Part shown: in pieces, positions 28,866-44,240 of the stretch
How the letters are laid out: each line of letters opens with the position of its first letter
How positions within the stretch are numbered: the stretch's first letter is position 1
Assembly (NCBI RefSeq): GCF_009914755.1
Contig: NC_060926.1
From: the human T2T-CHM13v2.0 reference genome, Homo sapiens
Strand: one strand, 5' to 3'
Length of the DNA: 64,000 nucleotides
The notes under the pieces: generated by a model
What the model was told of the DNA's origin: nothing
Seen by the model: only the letters and a program-made list of their open reading frames with translations
The model's database searches: none
Made by a program: the position numbers and the translations under genes

Positions 28866-29713
28866 ACTAACTACACTTCTGAGGTAAGGGCTAAATGTGG
28901 AAGGTGCTTTCCCTAAGCGGGGAGAGAGTTGGGGCTCATGAATGGGTGAAAGCTGGAGTGGAGCAGCAGTCCCTACCTGTGACCATTCACAGTGTCTCCC
29001 ATCCCTACTTCCTTAAAAACATGTCAGAGTACTAGAAATGTCTCTCAAAGGCAAGTGGAGATCAGGCTTTCTGAAGTTCCCCAGATGTGGCAAGAGAGAC
29101 ACAGGCAATCCAGAATCCCACCCTGGATGAGAGCTTTTGCCTGGCCCTGGGAGCCAGTGCAATGGGTTTGGGAGGGCTGGAATTGCAAGAATCTGTCCCA
29201 CAGGTGAGCATGGGTCTTGATGCGTAACCGCTGTCCAGCGACTCTTTCGGGTAGCACCTCGGGAAACATCTGCGGCTAAGGTATGTCAGTCAATTGAAAG
29301 ACATCAAACCAAGCAAATCAAAATGCAAGCTTTCATGTTCCCTCTTTTAATAAAAAAAATTAGAAATTGTGACAACTTTAGTCAGTATATTATGAGATAA
29401 TGACTCATATACAGTAAATGGCAACATGTACCAAACATTTAGTGTTCATACCCTATCCAATAATCCCAACCCTAGGTTTGTATCCTAGGGAATAATTCGA
29501 AATTTGAAATATAATTGTTTATATGATAAGATACTCACCAAGGTATTATTCACAATAATGGAAAATGCCCTAAATAGTTTGGTAAATTAAGGAGAGTTAT
29601 TTAAGAAAATACTAAATAACCACTAGAAATATTTATGAAAGTTACAATTTGATAAATTGCTGTTAATATAGCACTGAGTGGAAGGAAGAAAACAGCGTAT
29701 AAAAGATGCTCTA

Positions 29714-30008
<295 letters not shown>

Positions 30009-31963
30009 AAAGAGCTCTAAACTGTAATACGTGTACACAATAAATGATTGCAAGGAGATATGAACAAAATATGAACAGTGGAATGGACTTCCTCAAATTT
30101 GGCATGGCAGCTCCCCACCCTAGGTTTCACTTTACTGTGTCCTCAGGATGCCATTCCTCACCACTCAGAGTCGAGTAAGCTCCCAGCCCCACTCTCACTT
30201 TCTTCTTTGGAACTCTGTTCTTTTCTTTTATAAAAAGAAAAAAGTACCTGATTATCTGCTCATGTAATAGATGTTGCTTCACTCCCTTAGAGTGAAAAGT
30301 AGTATTTCTGTTTTTCCCACTACAGTTTACCTGGCTGCAGTATGGGGAGTCCCAGAGCAGTAGATAATGAACTTGTATTTCCCGTATCACATTAGCTGAT
30401 GGCATCTGTACCTTTGCTCTCTATTCCTTATATATTATATGTATATAAATATGCATGTAGAAGTATAATTTTCCACTCCATTCCACAGTGTCTGATATTC
30501 CACATTTGAGATTTGATTCCTTCGTTTCGCTTTTTATCCTCATTAAAAAATGTAAATCCTGAGAAACATTTTCTTAAGATGTTCCTTTGTGGGTCACTGG
30601 TATTAGGCTGTTAAAGAAATGTTCACTCTAATATCTCAGGGAAGGGACCATGGTGGGACCCAGGTTTTCGCCAAAAGCCTCAGACATGAGTAGGTCCTGC
30701 CAAGAGCAGTCAAGCAGCCCCAAGACAGCAGATGGAATGGGTCAGAGCAGACATTTCCTATCTCATCTTGGGTTGTGGGCTAACTCTATCTGAGAGAGAC
30801 AGAAAGAGAGAGAGACCAAGGAGAGAAACTGTGACCTTGATAACAGAAGGTCAATATTTCATCATAAAAATTGTTCTAAAATAAGTACATTTCTAGTTCT
30901 TATTTCCACTGACTAAAAGTGCCCAGTCTTACTAACATGATCACTTATTTTTCTCAAGCCTATTTAAAATTTCCCTTTCACCACTTGGGTTCTGACTCCA
31001 GAAAACATGCCAGTACAGCTTTATGCTACTCAATCCCATGGGAGATTTCGGATTTCCTCCTAGAAGCGAATCACAATGGGTTCACTTTGAGTTCACTTTG
31101 GTTTGGTTCCTACCTTTTCTTATAGAAACATGAGGGCAAACAAATAAATATACATGGATGAATCCTAGTTCCCTCCTAACATAATAGTTCCTCCTTCCCT
31201 TCCTCTGTCTTTCCCTTCCTTCTTTCCTCCTTCTTTTTCTTGCTGCCTTCTGCTCTTTCCCTTTTAAACTCTTAAGTCATAGTAAAGATTTAGATGGAAA
31301 CAGATGAGCAAAACAGATTGGATACATTAACCTTGAAGCTGTCTTTGCCTCTGAAATTAGCATAAACTCTGGTTGTGAATGACTGTTGATTCCTACGCCA
31401 AAGGAAGCTGTGATTTCTTGAAAATTAGAGGGATATTATGAACATCTGAAACCTGCAGGGGGTCCTGTTAATTACATTTCTTGGACAAATATTTCATGAA
31501 GTACAATTGACACATGCAGGAACATTGATCTGGTGTTCACTGGTGTGCCAATGTTGATGCTTAGAATCTGTTATACTTCTTTAACGAAAGTGCTCATGTG
31601 CTAGTTAGGCTGGACCATAGGCATGATTCCTGTATTCCTTGCTAGAAGGCAAGGCAGCCCTCCCTCCAGAGAGGAAAGAGAAGTCTACTTTTATCTACTA
31701 CTTCTTCACCATCACAACCTTGTTGCATTCTCCAAGACGCACTACACCTTCTATACCCAAGATTTCTTAGTTGTAATACATCTATCTCATAATATGTTAT
31801 ATCTCATCTAGTTTCTGCAATAATTTCCTAATAGGCTTCCCTCTCTTCAATTCTCTCATTTTCCATGGACAGTGCTGATTCATACCTGTTATCTTGGCAT
31901 AATTATTAAAATTGTCCCCATTTATGCTCAGTTGTGTCTTGGTTTGCATGATACTTGTATGGG

Positions 31964-32070
31964 CTCCTGATTTGAATCACACCCAACTCTCTAGCCTTAT
32001 CCCCTTCCTTGTTTCCTCCTGATTTGAACCACACTCAACTCTCTAGCCTTATCATCTTCCTTGTTTCCTC
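31964..32070. repeat. 52-bp tandem duplication (2 copies)
   Basis: ctcctgatttgaa(t/c)cacac(c/t)caactctctagccttatc(cc/at)cttccttgtttc repeated at period 52. Confidence 0.95.
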
Positions 32071-32618
32071 AGGCTCACTGCACTTTCTTTTGTTCCCTTG
32101 AGCAATCCATGCTGGGCCCTTGAACATATGTTTCTGCAGCCTGGCACGCTGCCTTCTTCAACCTTCCTATCTGAGCACCTTCAGGAATTGCTTTTTGGCT
32201 TTCTTGACCTTCCCAATCTAAGTCAGGACTCAATGCTCAATGTTAAAAGGGTTTCTAGCATTCGTTACAGCTATAATTCTACAATTTTTAGCATGATTAT
32301 TTCACTGATGCTGATGCCCTCATTAGAGTCTATGAACCCCATAATGTAGATGAGGAAAAAGTATTATAGAGAGATTAAAAACTTGGTTTATGGTGGCTGA
32401 AGAAGTATTTGAGCCCACTTCTTCCTTACTCCATCTCTGTGGGATGCTTTGGGTGGATTTCTCTACTCCTTTCTTTCTTACAGGATCATATTTGGCTGGG
32501 TGATAGCTGAGGATATAAGACTAGTGAAAATCAAATCCTTTTGAAGGTGGTATCTAAAGCAACTGTAAGCTGAAGAAAGACTATCTTGGATTAATTGATA
32601 ATTTAAAATATATTTTTC

Positions 32619-32660
32619 CTCTTTCTATTGCCCTGATGGCTCTTTCTATTGACCTGATGG
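32619..32660. repeat. 21-bp tandem duplication
   Basis: ctctttctattg(c/a)cctgatgg occurs twice in tandem. Confidence 0.95.
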
Positions 32661-33180
32661 GTAATCCTGCTTCTGAAAAAAATTCAGCTGTAAAAATATA
32701 GATCATATTTATTGCATCACTGATCTTTATTTGAAGGTATCTGTAAGGTTATTCAAACCACTTTTTTTTTCGATAGAAGAGAAAAAAAGGCACCAAGAGA
32801 GGTTAAGGAAGTTATCCAAAGTAACACATGGGTTACCCAGAGGTCCTGTGGAAATGAGTTCAGGTCAGCTGTCCTGCATTCTGATGTACTCATAATGGAA
32901 CTGTGTGTGATGTTCCCTAGACCACATGGAGAAGGTCAAAGGTGCAATGCAAGAGAATTATCCCAGAGTTCCAGACTTGGTTTTCACAGATAATTGTTGC
33001 TACTTGAAGTCTTCCTACACCTCCCCTGCTACTCAGTCTGCTAACCACAGTGTCCACAACACATCAAAAGGCCTGAAGGGATCAGCTGCGACAGCTTATA
33101 GAAAGCAATTTGAGACATGATCAATCGTTTTCAAGCCAAATCATATGCCATAATCATATCCCAAGTCTGTTATATATAAG

Positions 33181-33441
33181 TGTTATGTGTGTTTTGTTTC
33201 CTACCCCAAATTAATATGTTGAAGCCCTAATTCCCAGTGTGATGGTATTGGGAGGTGGAGCCTTTGGGGGTGATTTAGACCATAGCAAACATAAAAATCA
33301 GACTGCCTCCAGTGACATGAGCAGCAAAGTCCTTTGCCTCTAACCAGGAGTCTCAGGTCTTCTTCTGCCAGCATCCATGAAATTGTGTCAGGCTGACTTA
33401 TCAACTAGGTGAAAGTCTCAGACCCTTTGTAGTTTTTGACA
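33181..33441 (+). mobile_element. MLT1A 5' fragment fused to an ERVL LTR 3' end (LTR40-like)
   Basis: tatgttgaagccctaattcccagtgtgatggtattgggaggtgg (MLT1A), then aaagtcctttgcctctaaccaggagtctc...ctcagaccctttgtagtttttgaca. Confidence 0.7.
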
Positions 33442-33794
33442 GCATTCGTTAAGGGCCATTTGAATTTATCTATGTATATTTAAAAACCTTTTTTATTGCA
33501 GTTTCACATGTAGAAATCTATCCTGCAGAACAAGTTATGCAAACATATCCAAATACAAATGCGAATCTGTATAGTTCAGGGCTGTGCCTGATAACAAGAG
33601 ATTAAAAAAACCCTGAACATCCATCAGTAGAAATGTACTTAATTTACTGATATGTATCCACATTTTGGACTACAATTCAGCAACCAGAAAGAAAAGCTCT
33701 GTATGTGCTGACATAGGACTGTTTTCATAATTCATTGTTCATGGGAAAAAAGCAAGTTATTCAATGATATGTGAATTATGAACTCAGTTTTTCA

Positions 33795-34330
33795 TCGATT
33801 TATTCACTCATCAAATATTTATTGAGCATCTACTGTATGTCAGGATTGGTGGTGATATATTACAGGCAATACTAACAATATCTCTACATGTTGTTGGGAA
33901 ATAAGAGAGCAAACAATAAAAACAGTACATAAGGTAATTATAGTGATGTTAAGGAAATATTTAAGGTAATGTGATAGAAACTTGGGGAGGCCACTTTAGA
34001 TGGGGCGGAAGAGAGAACTATAGTTTCAGAGAGGAGTTCTGAGGAAATGGCATTTATATTGCTATCTCAAGTTTGAGAATAAGCCAGCCAAGTAGCAATA
34101 TGGGGGAAAAGCATTCAAGTGAGGGACCTGGAATAGATAAGGTTGCTTTTTTTATTCATGAGGACCAGAAAGGAACTCCTGATGGCCACATAATACTGAT
34201 CAGGAGGGACAATGGCAACCGTGAGAGACATGGTAAAATATCTGGATCCAGCAGGAGACCACTTTGCAGCAGTGCTAGGGCTGGTTTTCTTATTTAGGTG
34301 AACATTCTCACTGCTGTGTGGAAAATGGAT
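33795..34330 (-). mobile_element. L2 3' fragment
   Basis: ttcactcatcaaatatttattgagcatctactgtatgtcagg ... tcactgctgtgtggaaaatggatt. Confidence 0.75.
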
Positions 34331-34340
34331 TTTAAGACAT

Positions 34341-34460
34341 TCTCTCTTTCTGTCTCTCTCTCTATTTCTGTATACATATGTATATGTGTGTGTGTATACA
34401 TCTATGTATATATACATACATATAAATGTGAATGTTTTATATATGGGTATATAAATATAT
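34341..34460. repeat. Compound (TC)n/(TA,TG)n microsatellite
   Basis: Directly visible. Confidence 0.85.
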
Positions 34461-37400
34461 GCATTTCATGTAAAAGTTTTGAAATATTAACCAACTAACA
34501 GTTCACAGTTTTGAGGGGACAGTTAGGAGGGCTTCAGTACTTATTGTTAAAAACAATAGAAAGAAAAACACTCTGCATGTTAGTAAGCAAGGATGAAAGA
34601 GGATAGAATTTCTGGACCAAAATTATATAGAAAATTGAGACAGAATTTTCATCTCACAGATGTAAACAAATTATCTGAAAAAAGGGGCCTAGTTATTAAT
34701 TTGTTTCTTAATTTTATCACCAGAGGTGATGATATTAGCATTGTTTAGAAACTGTGTGTATATGCATGTAGACATGAACAAATATCCATTGCTTTCTGGT
34801 ATACAAATACCAATGACCATTTTGAAAAAGGGATTAAATGAAAAAAAAGGGGCCGCAAAGAACGTAGTCAAGAAATCTTGCCTTTGAGGAGTTAATAAAC
34901 TGCAAGATGAAATAAAAATAGAGGCATAAAATGACCTGGTCAAGGAAACACTTATGAGACCTTCTGATAAACTGGGAAAGATGGTATTAAGGAAATGACC
35001 CTTTGCTATTGAAAGACTTTAAAGGTTGCAAAACAGAAATTCAATGCTTTTTTTACTGTCAAATAAACAAAGAAATCTTTATATATATGTGTATATATGT
35101 AATGGATATATGTGTATGTATCTTTTTCATAAATACACAGTTCTAACAATTCATTTTTATGACAATTTTTTATTAAACCCTCTTTCACTTTGATAATATA
35201 ATTATAGCAGAAGATGAAATTTGTTATTGCTGCTGAACCCTCATTTAAGCTTCTACAAGCTTCCTATTTAGAGCTCACTTTGTACTTGGCCTAAATATTG
35301 CTTGGGTATTGATAGCCATCTTAGGGAAAGACACACTAATGTGTTTACTGAAATTTTATTACCCCAATCACAGGCATAGACACAGCCACTCCCATTCTCT
35401 TTGCCAGTCTGAATTGGTGATTCATCAGGGAGGAAGTATCATTATCTTCTTTCTAAGCATGTATTCACAAACACAAAAATGAAATCAACACAAAACTCAA
35501 CTAAGTAAAATGGAAGTAAATTGCCTGATCACCAAAGCTTGAATGGTTACAGCTAGTATAAGTGAGGGCCTTTGGCCAGTCCAATGATAAAATGGACAAT
35601 TCTATAGGCCTTCAATGATTCTGTAATTTCTTATAATGTTGAGGGTGAAGGCTAACAGTTTTGAGAAACCACAGTAATAACTGTGAGAATCTTGGAATTT
35701 ATTCATAAATTCATCACAAAAACTTTTGAACATCTTCTATGTACCAAGCACTGTAAAGAATGAATAAAACTCATTTTTATTTGTATCCTTTCTAGTTTTA
35801 ATCATCTTTTATTTGATTTCCACCATGTTAGATATGTCCCACTTTTTTGAAAATTTATAGGTCTTCAAAAAGTACCATGAAATTATATCTCCCTCCAAGG
35901 CTTGCATTTTTGTCTTTTGCTTGACTGTTTGGAATTCATAGCAATTGCTGCTGCATTCGAGCAACATATTTCCTATTGTTTTAAGCAGAGTGATTTATAG
36001 CAGTGCTTGGAAGGTTTGCTTTTTTGACACACTTAACACTGATGAATTAGGTAAAATATTTTTCAATCATAAGCTTCTGCCCAAGCTTCCTTTTGAATTG
36101 GAGCCCAAGTTTTCTCTGGTGAGACAAGAGAGGAAGGAAGAAGTGAATAAAAGATGAGGTGAATGCAGAGCATGGTTCTCGGATTGCATAAAACTTCTAC
36201 CCACGTAGTGACTGTGGCGGCTCCACCCTGTCTTACTTTGGCACACATCTGGTCCACATTTTTGTGAGTTCATCACTGGTTCTCCCTGAACGTTAGAAGC
36301 AAGTTACATTTTGTTTACTTTCCAGGGAAGGAAGAAAACTATAGCTCTTGCCCTTAAAGCCTGGACTTGTACTCCTCCTTACCCGCCTTGGTGTTGCTAG
36401 GAATAGACCACGGTTGAAGCAAGTATAGGTATTTTTGTCAACTTTGTAAGAGAGTGTGCATGCTTCCTTGGACCTCTCTTGACCAGGCAATCATGTTCTC
36501 TGAGTTCATGTATCAGAAGTCACTTATATAGGAGATTCAGGTGGATCTTTTGATAGGATCCTCAAAGCCCCTATGATATCACAAAACCTTCCTCTTTTCT
36601 TGTTTTCTACTACTTATTCCAAGAGGTAGGGCTTCATGAATGTCTCATTTCTGAGAGACTGACTTCTTCAATGCATAGAGAAGATGTGTGGTTTGGCCCT
36701 TGCCTTACACTGCCCCGGGTACCTTATGTGCACATAGGTTCTTGTGGCAATTTCAGGACAATTTCCATAAAGCAATGCATTGTAAACTTTCAACTTCATC
36801 AGGATCACCTGACGTCCCTATTAGGTACTGCAGATTTGAGGTCGTCACTATCAGAGACTATGATTCCATAAATCTGAAGTAGGACTCATAAAATTGTGAT
36901 AGTAATAAGCGCCCCTGGTAATTACTGTATAGATGGTCTTAAGTTCACCCTTTAAGGAAGAGTGGGCTGTGATAACAAATAGTGGCTTGTGAATTGGCAA
37001 ACCTGGTTGAAGTTCTAGCCTCACAACTTTGTAAGACTGTGACTTTCGACAAGTTAATCTTCCTAACAAGAATCACTTTCTTATTAGATAGACCAAGGTT
37101 TGTATCCTAGCTCATATGCCTCCTACTGATTTCTAATATGTTACTTAAATTTCTCTAAGTTCATAGTAACACATAGTATGGGTACAAAGAACAAATTTCC
37201 GGGGAAACTTACAAGTAAAGGGTCAACAAGAAATGGCACTTGCTTACCCAGATCTATTGGCTTTCTGCAGAGATGCATGCAGTTGAGGCTTGCTGGAGCC
37301 ACTATGACTTATTCCAGGGAAGGGACCCTGCCCTCTGTTGCTCTCTCTTTAACTGGGTGAGCATGAGAATGACCTTAACAGTGGAGACACAAAGCTGGCA

Positions 37401-38852
37401 GTGATTCATGATGCCCTGTGACTTCACCTGGTGTTGTATGTAACTATAATGTAATAGCAGATTAGATGCCAGCTGTTTAGGGCCGTGATAAGAAATGCTA
37501 CCTGCTCAGTACTTGGAGACCTAGGGAGCACTTGGAGGAAAATACAACCTGTCTTCGGGTGAGGGCAGCACTTCCCTTTTCATCTAGCACATTGCCGGAC
37601 AATTCAGAGACAGCTCCCAGGAAACTTTGCAGATACACTCCATGCTGTCTCATAGAGCTTCTGTGAGCATTAAATAGGATAATATACGAAATAATTTAAT
37701 TCTGTTTAATTCTGTTCTGATCCACAGTAGGTGCCCAATGTTGGTATTTCTGTCACTGTTCATACTTCATACCTATTCTATATCCTATAGGGCCAGTGAC
37801 CCATAAAAACTGCACGTTTTACACTCCTCTGTCCCAAATTGGCTAATTGGCTATATTATAATTGTTTTGATGATGTTTCTGTTGTTATTAATCTCATTAA
37901 TCTAAGTTGAAACATTATTGTGTTTTCTTTCTGTTTTTTTCCTGAGGGAAGTTCAGTCTAAGTGAGAAAATTTTCCTTCTCCTCTGAAGCTGAGGTTGAA
38001 GCTCATTATAATTCTAAATTTGCCATAGAGTTTTCCACATTCAAATTGTCAGAAGATTTATATGAGTAGCTGAATTGCTAAACTGCCTTTCCAGGGAAAG
38101 AAAGGGCTGAATTTCCTAAATCTTGATTATTTAAAATATTATTATCTGAAGATTTTTCTCTGAAATTGTTTTAATATATTAAATCTATTCATTCACATTT
38201 GCAAACATTTATACATGAGGCTATGTGAGCTTACATGGAATTATATATAACAGTATATGTAATTCATAATACCATAAATTCAAATTTTAATAATATTATA
38301 AAGTGCATAAGTATACTATACATGTGAAAGCACTATATAAATATGCTGTAATCGCATGGGATGATATAATGTGAGTTCTGTGTTAGAAGTTGCTTTGTTT
38401 GTCTTCAGTTTCTGAGAATCTTTTTATTGTTTAGGAGGCCATAGTTGAAGATACTCAAATCATTCTGAAGGCTTTCATCTTGTCTCTCAGAGGCACTCAT
38501 TCAACATTTTAGGGAACAACCAAGGCCTCTGTTCATTGAAGCCCATTGACTGTCTTCCCAGAAAACACTTCATCATGCTCAGTGAGTGAAGGGGAAAGGG
38601 ATAAAGTGAGATTTTCCAGTGCTGGAGAAGAACATGACATAGACCAACCACTTCATCTTCCACCGTCTTAGGGAAGCATGTTACTATATACAATCTTTGC
38701 AAATAGAGAGAGGGAACAGAATTCTAAAGCACCTAACTCCCCTTCCAAATAAAACTGTCTAATCACATGCTACCTCCCCTATTTATTCTTTCACTAATTA
38801 TTTTCCTAAAACGAAGGTCTAACCTGGTTGCATTCCTCATCAAAACCCTTCC

Positions 38853-39595
<743 letters not shown>

Positions 39596-39652
39596 TGAAA
39601 TTCATTTCCTTCATTATCTGATTTCACAGAGCTCTCCAACCCCAATTGCCAC

Positions 39653-40358
39653 TGTTATGGGTCTGAATTTTGGTGACTCCCAAAATTCCTATGTTGGAAT
39701 GTAATTCCCAAGGTGTTGGTATTGATGTGGGGGCTTTGTGAGGTAGTTAGGCCCTGAGAACTGTACCCTCATGCATAGGATTAGATGCTATTATAAAAGG
39801 GCTTGAGGACATGGGGCCTGAGGACCTTTTTTACACCTTCTTGCCTGTGAGGACACAGCAAGAGGAGCCATCTTAGAGGCAGAGAATAAACTTTCACTAG
39901 AGACCAAATTTGCTGGTGCCTTGATCTTGGACATCTTAGATTTCACAGCCTCCAGAATTGTGAGCAATACATTTCTGATTGTTTTGCTTTGTTTTGAGAC
40001 TGGGTCTCACTCTGTTGCCCAGGCTGGAGTGCAGTGGTGCAATCAAAGCTAATTGCATTTTGAACTCCTGGAATCAAATGATCCTGCTGCTTCAGCCTCC
40101 TAAATAGCTGGGACTACAGGTTTGTGCTACCATGCTGGCTATTTAAAAATTTTTGTTGTTGTTGTTGTTGTAGAGACAATGTCTTGCTTTGTTGTCCAGG
40201 CTGGTCTCAAACTCCTGGCTTCAAATGATCCTTCCACCTTGGCCTCCCAGAATGCTAAGATTACAGGTGTGAGCTACCTCACCTTGCTGTAAATGCCTAT
40301 TTTTTATAAATCACCCATTCTATGGTATTTTGCTATAACAGCAGGAGCAGAGAAGACA
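39653..40358 (+). mobile_element. MLT1A-type solo LTR carrying an AluJ
   Basis: tgttatgggtctgaa...cagcctccagaattgtgagcaatacatttct | Alu | ttttataaatcacccattctatggtattttgctataacagca...agaca. Confidence 0.85.
39979..40288 (-). mobile_element. AluJ
   Basis: gagactgggtctcactctgttgcccaggctgg...ttgaactcctgg...ttgtagagac are AluJ-type features. Confidence 0.9.
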
Positions 40359-41084
40359 TGCACAATACTCTTCATATTCCTTTTATTCTAGTGAAATGGA
40401 ACAGCCCACTTGCTCCAAACGCATCACACACTTTTGCACTTAGTGTCTGTGGGTAGTGTTCTTTCAACTTAACGATTAACGTGATTCTTCTTCCTACTTT
40501 CCTTTTAGGGTTGTTTAATGTCTACTTTTTCTGAAATTTCTCCAGCTCTCCTATAGATACCAATCTCTCTGTTTCCTGTTCTCCCCTAGACATTGCTGGC
40601 ACCACTACCATGGAACTGACATGCTGAAGCAGGCTATTTGCATGTCATTTGCCTGGGGAGGGGCTGTGCATTTCTCTTTCCATAACTCTATACCCTGCTG
40701 AGTCCAGATATAAACTTGCACAAGGCTCAAAGAGAGAAGGAGTGATTACATTCAATGGTTTAAATGCTTTAAGAATCTTCAGCTCTTTGGAACTTCTGGT
40801 GCATCTGGTACTATGCTAGGAACTGTATAAAAGAGAGAGAGAAAGAAAAAGAGAGAGACAACAAGGGAAGAGGAGATACTTAATAAACCAATCAAGTATA
40901 TTGCATGGATTGTATTCCTTAGGGAACTTGAGAATGATTCTTTGCTTGGACATTTAAGTGAAAATTAGGAAAAGCTTGAAAGAATATGTATGTGGTCTTA
41001 CTGGTTTGCATGCTTATTAGACTGCTGTATGGGTTTGGTTCATCTTGAAAATGTAATGATTGAGCATTCATTGATATTCAGCAG

Positions 41085-41310
41085 GCATCAATATGTAGTG
41101 GGAAGAACTTGAGTTCTAGAGTCAGACGGTATTGGGTTACAATTTTGGCTTCACCTTTCAATTGCTGTGTGGCTTCAGAAATGTCCTCTAACTTGTCTGC
41201 ACCACGATTTCTTAATCTTTAAAATAAGGATAGTGATAACTACCCCCAAATGAAAACCATGCGTGCCAAGTGCCTGGCACATGAACACTGCCATTTGTTT
41301 TATTATTAGC
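41085..41310 (+). mobile_element. MIR SINE
   Basis: ttctagagtcagac...gctgtgtggcttcag...taaaataaggatagtgataactacc...agtgcctggcacat. Confidence 0.78.
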
Positions 41311-44059
41311 AGTTACAACAATATGACATTAATACAAATTTTATTGAGTTCCCACAATGTCTTTAGCTTTTGCAGTGTGTTTTTCCTAAAGAGGCTCTAA
41401 AGAGTCAGCTTTCTGTCTTTCTCACTCTCTATGTATCTATATCTAGCTCTCTATCTATAGATATCTATAGATATAGCTATCCCAATGCCTGCCATATATG
41501 GAAACTCAATAAAAGTTTGCTAAATATCCAGAGAACCACCATCATTTGTGATTTGGACATTTTTATTATCCCTAAAGAATCAGTGAGCATGAAACGTTGA
41601 AAAATTTAGTAGCCACCGGCCACCCTCAACCCCCAGCAACTCCACCTTCCACACTGCCCCCCAGTAGGGCTTCAAATGTCTATATATGTGAATCAATGCA
41701 CAATTATTATACCCAAGATATAATCTATCTACCAAAAATTTTCACATCACTTAAGGTGCTGATTGACATTTATGAGGATATTAATATACACTTGAATAAA
41801 TTGCTCATAAACTGCTACTACGAGACTAAAAATGCACACGAAGTCAGAAAGGTTTAAGACTTGGCAGCGACTAAACTACACTAACTGAAAACTGGAAGGG
41901 AGATTATCCTTTTGTCATTTGACATTTTGAAATTCATTGACCTTTATCTTACTTGCAACAGTATTATGGTTTTATTTCATATGCTTTCTAGCTCCATTCC
42001 CAGCTGGTTTTTTCTTCCTCTTGGTTTCTGGAGGATGAGACCCGCCTGCCTGTAGTCTCACTGTTGCTCCTGGATATTTATGTTGTTTTGAGCTGCACAA
42101 ACATTTGTTTAGAGACCTGGGTGGGGCATCAGCGGGACTGGCACAGAGGTGTCATCATGCTTGCGTATTTCTGTAAGAGTGAATCAACTGAGACAAGTAA
42201 AGAAAATGTAATTAACAAAATGTGGGGAAACAGGAGTCTATGTAAGTAGTAAAAAGGAGGAAGGTCTGAAAGGGGTAGAGAAGAGAGAGAATTGTCCCAG
42301 AGTGATGCCAGGAAGGGGATTGTGGTGCTGGAGAGGAACCGCTTAGCAAGCACTATCTGTAGGAAACAGTGCCAAGGCCATGTCCAAAAAATGTGAACAC
42401 AGCCCCTGCCTGCAAGGAGCAGATGCTCTATTTACGACCACAGAGCATGCCTATTACATCGGTAGCTATTTACAGACCTCTGGCTCCTCAGCTTATGAGT
42501 GTGGTGTCTTGTTGCCTTTTTTTAAATTTTATTTTTTAACTTTCAGAACACTTGGTTCAGATAAAAATTTATTTTTAATTCCAACAAAAAGGAGCCACCC
42601 TGGCTGAATTCAGGCAGGGGTGCTGATGGCATTTTACTTGCTAGGTTTCAGACCTTCACAACCCTGTGGCCCTAGGAGATTTCCCCAGGACATCTTGAGG
42701 TTTCTGGGCTCAGAGGGCCACTGCCGTCTTATAGGGCAGGGTGTGGGTACCTTTGCAGGTGCTTCTGTCCCTGGACCCATGAGCCTCTTCTCATCCCACT
42801 CTGTGTCTAGAATGACCTTTTCTGCCTCTTCTGCCTGGCCAATTATTGTCTTCTTATCTTACCATATCTTCCAAGATTCCACTCAAACCATCCATTCTCC
42901 TTTGAACTCACCTTGTTTCCACCCCGTCTTGAAAGTTAGCCCACGTCTGCTGCGCTTTTCCTCATCCTATTGCAGCCCTACATCCTTGCATTGCCCATAC
43001 AGGCTGAGCTGCTTCCTTCCCTTCCAAACCTTGCTTCTCTAGATTGGAGGTCTTTTTCCAGTCTCTCTTCCCACCTATGAGATAAGTAGTGATGTCCTTT
43101 TCAGACACAAGAAAGTGGAGGGAGAGTGATCTGACGGCCCATATTCCACAGAAGAAAGTACCTCAAATTAGGAAACATACTCCAGCTCCTGTCTTTTGCT
43201 GCCTGTGTCACAGCTTGGCCAGAAAGTCCAGCTCACTGTGCAAAACAGCACACAGGAGTCAAGTGGCAGGTCCTGTCTCCTAGAGAACACCAGTGACCTA
43301 ACTGCTTCCCCTGGCTCTTCATTTCACAGGTTCCTGGTGTGTGGAAGGTGACTGAGACCCTCCATGAATGAGGGCACTTACTGAATTTTGTGGACAGAAC
43401 TTTTTCTGTAAGTAGTACCCAAAGGAGATTAGACTTGGGGGCAAGGTAGCTGAAAACCTCACTTTGGCTTCAGTTCCAAACCTCATTTTCCAATTCAACT
43501 CTATCAGATACATTGGTTATTACAGATCCTCTGTCAACCCTTTAATACAACTTATACTGAAATAGAGGCTATTGGCCTCTTTTGACTGTTTTCAATTCAT
43601 AAGCAGCTTCAGATGAGTGACTAGCACCTGCAACCTCCAACATCAATAACCTACTATGTGCACTCACCATAGCAACGGTAACATTTTGCACACTTGTATC
43701 TTGACCCCGTATTCCACAGGTGATATGATACACTTACGAATTCAAGTTATAAGGCAAAAGCATGATCCCTTGAGATGCCCAGTGATGTATAGTATATAGA
43801 TATTCAATAAATTTTTTTGACTCATTCACTGATTGATAATCTGAAATAAGAGGAGATTGCTGCTTACAGTTTCCTGTGGTTTCAATGTATTTGTGGGTGT
43901 GTGTGTTTCCATTGTCTGAGGGAAACCATGAATGCATCATGCACTTTTAAAAATTGTCTCTATTAATTTTCCAAGCACAGCTGGGCCTTGCTTATCTTCC
44001 TAGCTGGGGAACTGTGTTAGAATGTGTAGCTCAGGGTTCTCTTGAGTTGGGTTTCACAG

Positions 44060-44240
44060 GGAATATGGTGTGGAGGTTCAGAGCACAAGCACAGTGCTCT
44101 CCAGGCTTAAATCCAGCTCCTCCCTTTAATAGTCATGTGATGCTGTACCAGTTACTCATCTCATTAAAATTAGCTTCGGTAATGCTGACAACATACTTAG
44201 AATAATGCCTAGCATTCAATAAATATTAGCCAATATTATC
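44060..44240 (+). mobile_element. MIR SINE
   Basis: ggttcagagcaca...aaatccagctc...agtcatgtgatg...cattcaataaatattagc. Confidence 0.65.

Noticed and set aside
32460-32570. Possible exon after ctcctttctttcttacAG (32483)
   Set aside because: The acceptor is good but the downstream donors are weak, and there is no other support.
41452-41473. 22-bp perfect palindrome tatctatagatatctatagata
   Set aside because: It lies in a TATC/GATA low-complexity tract where self-complementarity is expected.
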